DNA of 64,000 bases, taken from positions 1-64,000 of the forward strand of contig JBEKVV010000007.1 in assembly GCA_049513715.1 (NCBI GenBank), given 5' to 3'. Positions 58,593-64,000 of the stretch are shown piece by piece (within the stretch, counting starts at the first letter, position 1; every line of letters starts with the position of its first letter). A program made the translations under genes and the position numbers. The notes beneath the pieces are model-generated. The model saw nothing but the letters and a program-made list of their open reading frames with translations. It made no database searches and was not told where the DNA came from. This DNA is from Candidatus Bathyarchaeia archaeon (GTDB lineage: Archaea; Thermoproteota; Bathyarchaeia; 40CM-2-53-6).

Positions 58593-59254
58593 CTTCCCAG
58601 TCACCCCAACGCCGGGCCGTGCACGCAATCGTCCCGGTAAAAGTCCTAAGCAAATCAAAGGTTCGCCTCTCGTCTCTGCTCGATTCCAAGGGGAGAGCAG
58701 ACCTAACGGTTGCCATGCTCAAAGACGTACTCTTTGCTTTGGGTAAGGCTCGGAGAGTTGGGTCCGTCACTGTTGTAAGCGCAGATAGGAAACTGCGAGC
58801 AATCACGGAGAAGTTTGGCGCAGGGTTCGTCTGGGAGGCGAGGAGGCGCGGTCTAAACAAGGCACTGATACTCGCAATCATGCAGACAGACAGAGGAGAC
58901 ACATCGGCAACTCTGATCGTGCACGCGGACCTGCCTCTGATTACGGGCAGAGATGTTGATGAATTCCTGAAACAGTCCAGTGGTTACGCGGTCACACTGA
59001 ACCCATCAAAGGATGGAGCTGGGACCAATGCTCTGCTCTTGGAAAGAGCCAGAATGATTCGGCCTGCTTTCGGCAAGAACAGTTGCGAAAGGCACATGTT
59101 GCTCGCCAAAAGGAAAGGTCTGAGTTGCAAAGTCGTGCGGTTGGAAGGGATTGGGTTCGATATAGATGAGCCAATGGATCTCCTCCAACTTATGGGGCGC
59201 GAAAGGGGTCGGAATACAGGACGGTTCTTGCAGAGCTTGCTTGGCTGGATTTGA
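58589..59254 (+). CDS. cofC: 2-phospho-L-lactate guanylyltransferase
   Basis: IVPVK....K.RLS, AML.DV, GLN.A, ADLP, GTNAL, DIDEP.DL. Confidence 0.92.
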   Translation: MTSQSPQRRAVHAIVPVKVLSKSKVRLSSLLDSKGRADLTVAMLKDVLFALGKARRVGSVTVVSADRKLRAITEKFGAGFVWEARRRGLNKALILAIMQTDRGDTSATLIVHADLPLITGRDVDEFLKQSSGYAVTLNPSKDGAGTNALLLERARMIRPAFGKNSCERHMLLAKRKGLSCKVVRLEGIGFDIDEPMDLLQLMGRERGRNTGRFLQSLLGWI

Positions 59255-59412
59255 TTCACATTGAAGCGCACTTGCTTGCTCTACGCCCGTCTAGGTCACT
59301 CGGTTCATTTTCAACCTCAACTAGCTAGTTCATGGTTCCTTGGGCTTGTTAATCTCAGTGCGTGTAATCGGGGCAAAGAAATTAAGAGATAATGCGTTTC
59401 TGATTGGGTTGG

Positions 59413-60774
59413 GTGTCTGAATTAGCCTCACCAAAGGAGTCCCACGATAAGGTGCTGCAGCTCCTGGAACAGCACCATAAGTGGTTCTCCGAATCAATCC
59501 CGTTGATAGCATCGGAGAACGTTCCCAGCCCCGCGGTTCGCGAAGCCATCGTTTCAGACTTCGGGAACCGGTACGCGGAAAAGGCCTAGGCACAAACGCC
59601 TAAGCCTCCGTATGGATGGGTCGGGGAGCGCGTCTACGCGGGCTGCGTATACATAGACCAAGTTGAGCAACTCTGCATAGACTTGGCGAAGCAACTTTTC
59701 CGCGCCGAATTTGTTGACGTCAGGCCAGTTTCAGGTGTCTGCTCGAACTTGGTCATTTACACGGTTTTCACAAACCCCGGTGACCGAATGCTCGCGTTGG
59801 CCATACCTAACGGCGGCCATATCTCCACAGGCCGTAAGGACTTCTCCGGAACCGCAGGTGCAGTCCGCGGTTTAGATGTGGACTACTTTGTATTTGACCG
59901 GAAAGAGATGAACATCGATGTCGACAAGACGAAACAGAAGATCCAGAAGATGGCTGTGGAGGAAAAGAAACCACCCAAGCTAGCTATGTTTGGTGGCAGC
60001 TTGTTCCTGTTTCCGCAACCTATCAGAGAATTGGTTGAGGCATTGCACAGCGTTGGGGCAAGCGTCGCCTACGACGCAGCCCACGTTGCTGGGTTGATTG
60101 CTGGAGGCCATTTCCAAGACCCCCTAAGAGAAGGCGCGGACGCCGTATCGTTGAGTACTCACAAGACGCTGTTCGGCCCCCAAGGAGGAGCGGTCATCTC
60201 ATTCGAAAAATACGCTGAACAGATCAAGAAAGCAACGTTTCCATCAAACACAAGCAACCACCACCTTAACAACCTCGCTGGGAAAGCCGTTGCCTTCGCT
60301 GAAATGCTCGAATTCGGGAAACAATACGGAGAACAAGTCATCACAAACGCCAAGGCGCTCGGCCAAGCATTGAACGATATAGGATTGACCGGTCTTGCGG
60401 AGCACAAGGGTTTCACGGAATCCCACCAGATCGCCGTCGATGTGACGAAATATGGTTTGGGCGGAGACATGGAGCGAGCCCTTGAGAACGCAAACATAAT
60501 CGTTAACCGACAACTGCTACCAGGTGACATCCAAGCCGGAAGGCACTACCAAAACCCCGGCGGCATTCGCATTGGAACCTCAGAGGTCACTCGCCTAGGA
60601 ATGAAGAAAAGCGATATGGTCGAAGTGGCGCGGTTCATCAAACGCGTCGTAGTAGACAAAGAGGAGCCAAAGAAGGTCAAACAGAGTGTTGCAGAGTTCA
60701 GGAAAAACTTCCAGAATGTTCACTACTGCTTCGAGAGCGCCAGGAACGCATACGAATACATCAAGATTAGCTGA
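59413..60774 (+). CDS. glyA: Serine hydroxymethyltransferase, join(59413..59580,59614..60774)
   Basis: LIASEN, RYAE|GW...YAGC, GGHIS, DAAHVAGLIAG, STHKT (PLP Lys), GIRIGT; spliced length 442 aa. Confidence 0.93.
59581..59613 (+). other. 33-nt bulge-helix-bulge intron in glyA
   Basis: 4-bp helix GCGG/CCGT, 3-nt bulges AAA and ATG, intron stem AGGCCTAGGC/GCCTAAGCCT; contains an in-frame TAG. Confidence 0.85.
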
Positions 60775-60850
60775 GGCTTCCACAAGCACTCTGGAAATGA
60801 AAGTTTAATTGCCTCAGCAAAGGCCAAATAGATACAGTGAACGCTGAACC

Positions 60851-61027
60851 TTGTCGAAACGTGAAAAAAGGCGTAAGCGGGAAGCGCCAATGCCCGCTGC
60901 GAGCGCAGGCTTACTCCGGTTCTTCGAGGAAGAGACGCCAGGGGTAAAAGTCCGCCCTGAAGTCGTCATTATGATGTCCATCGGCATCATCGCTGTAAGC
61001 CTCTTCATGTACTTGACGTTCAAGTAA
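60851..61027 (+). CDS. secG: Preprotein translocase subunit Sec61beta
   Basis: MSKREKRRKREAPMPAASAGLLRFFEEETPGVKVRPEVV plus TM; below the ORF-track cutoff. Confidence 0.9.
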   Translation: MSKREKRRKREAPMPAASAGLLRFFEEETPGVKVRPEVVIMMSIGIIAVSLFMYLTFK

Positions 61028-62045
61028 CCGTCTCTTTGAAATCCAATAGTTTAGTTTGGGCGATCACTGGCAGAGGAGCCGCTCTGATTCCTAGCTTTCG
61101 TTCGATCTGGGACGCTAGGATGTCCGTGTACCCCGTGAAGATGTAGACCTTCTTCGGGTTAACCTCCTTCACGAATTGCATCAGCTGATCGTAATCAGCG
61201 TGGCTGCTGAGAGGAAAAGAAGTGGATCTTCTGAACGCCTGCCGAAGCGCCCAACCGGTCGTGACTGCGCGCGAGGCGTTCTTCGGGGTATCGTCCCCTC
61301 TGCCGGTGGTGATGTAAACGCATCCGCCTTTCTTCATCATGCGTTTTCCTTCAGTCGTCGATGAATCATGGTAGTCCAACTTGACACCGTTCTCATCGTG
61401 GACTTGGTTGGCGCGGGTGATAGTTGGGCTGCAAAGAACGGGGATCTTGGTGTAAACGTTGAAGAGCCTCACTAGTTCTTGGGGTTTCCCGGATGAGTAT
61501 ACTTGGAATGTGGGGGTCTTTCCTTCCTCAATCTCTGTCACAGACCACCTGACAATGTCCGCATACATGGTGCTCCTTCTTGGAAAGAGATAGGAAGGGT
61601 GCCCGTAGGTCGCTTCAACAACCAGGTAATCGCATGACTTGTGCTCAGCAGCCTGTGTTGTAAGGGTGTCTACGCAGTTAATGTCGCCAGTATAGATCGC
61701 TGTGAAGTTCGGGGCGACGACTTCATACTGACATGACCCGAGCATGTGTCCCGCGTTCAAAACTTTCACTTCGGTTTGATCGAACCGGAGCGTTTCCCCT
61801 ACTTTGACAGGCTGAGTGTTCTTGACGGTCTTCTCTTTCAGTGATTCGTAGATTCTCAGTGTTTCCTGAGTTGAGTACTTCTTTGCTGATGTGGCGAAGC
61901 CATAGGTGTGGTCGGAGTGAGCGTGAGTGACGAAGGCATGCCAATCGCCACGCAAGGGCCTGCCCGAAGTCGGATCAAAGATTAGGCGAGGGCCTCCAGT
62001 ATCAAACACTACTCCGTCAGCCCATCCAACTCTCTCTTGGCGCAA
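61020..62045 (-). CDS. MBL-fold exonuclease (beta-CASP-like, short)
   Basis: THAHSDH, AGHMLGS, YTGD, EATYG, LSSHAD. Confidence 0.88.
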   Translation of the reverse strand: MRQERVGWADGVVFDTGGPRLIFDPTSGRPLRGDWHAFVTHAHSDHTYGFATSAKKYSTQETLRIYESLKEKTVKNTQPVKVGETLRFDQTEVKVLNAGHMLGSCQYEVVAPNFTAIYTGDINCVDTLTTQAAEHKSCDYLVVEATYGHPSYLFPRRSTMYADIVRWSVTEIEEGKTPTFQVYSSGKPQELVRLFNVYTKIPVLCSPTITRANQVHDENGVKLDYHDSSTTEGKRMMKKGGCVYITTGRGDDTPKNASRAVTTGWALRQAFRRSTSFPLSSHADYDQLMQFVKEVNPKKVYIFTGYTDILASQIERKLGIRAAPLPVIAQTKLLDFKETVT

Positions 62046-62084
62046 CGACAGGCCTTCTCTCGAAGATGTCCTAGGACCACTTGG

Positions 62085-62657
62085 TCATTGCTGTATGGTT
62101 CTGTGGTCTACCACATATTGCCCGTATTTTGTCTTGAGTAGTTCTTGCTCTGTGAGCCTGCGTTTCTGAATCTTCGTGGGATCAGGAGAAACAAGCGCAC
62201 TGTTCCCGAATGGGTCTTTGATTACAAGTGTGAATTTTCTCGGTTTCTCTTTCATCATTTCTAGTTGCTTTAGCATTTTCTCACCTTTTGCTAATCGTTT
62301 TCCAGTCGTTGATGTGAGCATGAATGTAAGTGCGTCTTCGATTCTTTCGAGGATTCCTTCCACGTTCGTTATGAAACCTTCACTGTATGGGCCGGGTGTA
62401 ATTGTGGCACCGAATTCTGGTATACTGACGGTTGCTGTACCTGATTTGATTACGCGTATGTTCAGGTCGTCGACGGTGGTGATTTTTGCGGAGAGCGCTG
62501 CCGGTTCTCGTGTTGTAAGAGTCATGACGTCAGTGTGCCTGTATCCGCATTTTTGGCATGTGGATACTATGATTAGTACTGAGCCGAAGTGTTCAACCTT
62601 GTATTCGCTCTGGCTCGATACGATAGGTTCGGCGTCGCAGCTTGGGCAACGCAGCAT
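62085..62657 (-). CDS. ZPR1 zinc-finger protein
   Basis: CPSC...HFG.V.....C.KCGYR..D, DL..RVIKS, EGFITNVEG, DPFGNS; start placed at MLRCPSC. Confidence 0.9.
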   Translation of the reverse strand: MLRCPSCDAEPIVSSQSEYKVEHFGSVLIIVSTCQKCGYRHTDVMTLTTREPAALSAKITTVDDLNIRVIKSGTATVSIPEFGATITPGPYSEGFITNVEGILERIEDALTFMLTSTTGKRLAKGEKMLKQLEMMKEKPRKFTLVIKDPFGNSALVSPDPTKIQKRRLTEQELLKTKYGQYVVDHRTIQQ

Positions 62658-63156
62658 GTCATTGGTTTCTTTGGGCGAAGCCAAGGCGAGCGTTTCCCGA
62701 ACTTCCGTTAGGAACTGGTCGGATATGAAGTTTGGAGGATGCAGGAAGAAATCAGCTTGCGATGCGCTAGCAAACCCTTCGGCCCCACCATCGAGCGAAT
62801 CTGAAAGTGGCTCCTCCATCACATGATGGGGAGTCCCTTCGGACTCTTGAAATCCAACGGAATCTTATCGGAATCTGCTCGGAAATGTGGAAACGCCGCG
62901 ATCGTAGCTCCTGATATGGGTGGCAAGCTCAGCGATCGTGTTTGCGTAGTTTTCGTTGTGCACTTTCGCGGTGGTGATAGCGAATAATGACTTTACTCAG
63001 AGGGGTTACTTTCGCTTGGTGGGGTAGTATTGACCGCGGTAGGCCTTGCGTCCGGGAGGTAAATTCCCCCGGTGGCAGCCGATAGGCAGGTTTATGTCAT
63101 TTTCACCCACCTCTCAAGCCTATATGGCGGTGTATGTGTTTAGTACGTGGTAACTG

Positions 63157-63318
63157 ATGGATACAACGAACGGCGACCTCTGTCCAAGATGTGGTCTAAG
63201 AACCCTAACTATATACTACGAGGACGGCTCGGACTTGCAGCTTGGGGCCCATTGCGAGGAATGTGGGCTTAAGGGGTTCTTTATGAAAGACAAACTAATG
63301 CCGCTCGCCACAACCTGA
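63157..63318 (+). CDS. Small zinc-ribbon protein (53 aa)
   Basis: MDTTNGDLCPRCG...AHCEECGLKGF; two CxxC pairs. Confidence 0.65.
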   Translation: MDTTNGDLCPRCGLRTLTIYYEDGSDLQLGAHCEECGLKGFFMKDKLMPLATT

Positions 63319-63436
63319 CAACATGCCCCTCGTCTCGAACAGCAATTCCAATTCTCCGAAGGTAAGGTGAACGATTGATGCATAACACTGAAAAGTATGC
63401 CCCAGGTTGGTAGCAAATTCGTGGAGCTGAAACTTC

Positions 63437-64000
63437 TTGCCTACTCCGGCGTGGTTTTTTGGATTCGATTCCTTGATGGAGTTTATCGCTTTCACGATCG
63501 CCATCGCGGTTGCGTACCAGGCGTTGAAGGGCTACCGCCTGTCGAAGGAGAGAACGCTTCTATATCTCAACCTCAGCTTCGTTTTGCTTGGCGCGGGTCT
63601 GCTGATTGAGGGCCTTTCGAACCTTGTAGTCGTGCTAGCAAGGTTCCATAGAGGATTTCTGATCCTTGCGCCGATAGGATACACGATCAATTTCATCACC
63701 CAGGTCTTGGCGTACGGGGTTCTCATATTCACATACGTCCAACAAACTAGGAAGATGGGGGTGGAGGTGGCGATGGCTGCTGTTCCCCTTCTTTTATTTG
63801 AACGTAACGCGTTCACAGAATTGATTCTGATTTTTCTATTGGCCTACATTGCGATTCAAACGTTGATTAACTATAGCATTAACAAAACGACTACGTCACT
63901 GCTGGTCTTAGGTGCTTTTGTTTCCCTTGTCCTCAGCCATATGTTCTTTCTACTCTTCACTCTAGCTCCCCTGTTCTTTGCGTTTGCTCATATTGCGCAA
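63437..64000 (+). CDS. Polytopic membrane protein (partial, runs off the window end)
   Basis: Read from TTG at 63437: MPTPAWFFGFDSLMEFIAFTIAIAVAYQALKGYRLSKERTLLYL...; hydrophobic. Confidence 0.65.
   Translation, partial: MPTPAWFFGFDSLMEFIAFTIAIAVAYQALKGYRLSKERTLLYLNLSFVLLGAGLLIEGLSNLVVVLARFHRGFLILAPIGYTINFITQVLAYGVLIFTYVQQTRKMGVEVAMAAVPLLLFERNAFTELILIFLLAYIAIQTLINYSINKTTTSLLVLGAFVSLVLSHMFFLLFTLAPLFFAFAHIAQ

Noticed and set aside
59581..59613. glyA TAG as pyrrolysine/readthrough, or glyA as a pseudogene
   Set aside because: Readthrough would insert 11 aa into the conserved YAEG motif. The rest of the gene is intact and the BHB cut sites match the insert exactly.
60814..61023. 69-aa minus-strand ORF
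   Set aside because: Antisense shadow of Sec61beta on the plus strand.
63001..63090. GC-rich hairpin region as a tRNA, SRP RNA or riboswitch
   Set aside because: No diagnostic motifs recognised; an Rfam search would be needed.

Overview
Archaeal chromosome segment. PolD DP1/DP2, Orc1/Cdc6, Elf1, Sec61beta, ZPR1 and cofC/cofD suggest a TACK archaeon, plausibly Bathyarchaeia (inference). The left half (1 to ~33.5 kb) is a plasticity zone of single genes, gene fragments and a ~19-kb amide/amine catabolic cluster. It is punctuated by two dispersed repeat families: family A, (GT)n-CGCACCA-N7-(CA)n sites, some fused to tRNA 3'-end-like sequence; and family B, a ~48-bp direct repeat. It also holds two tRNA 5'-end-like fragments, one carrying a 21-nt bulge-helix-bulge-type (BHB) intron. 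The right half is core genome: cysS, a 4-gene membrane operon, a KaiC ATPase, DP1, cdc6 with an adjacent ORB-containing origin, three putative DNA-binding genes around a GTGAYRTCAC motif array, elf1, DP2, a PAC2 protein, cofD/cofC, glyA, Sec61beta and ZPR1. The clearest finding is that glyA (SHMT) is interrupted by a 33-nt, stop-containing insert that folds into a BHB motif. Its predicted cut sites restore the conserved YAEG motif exactly, i.e. a probable tRNA-type intron in a protein-coding gene. All product calls come from motif recognition; no database searches were run.
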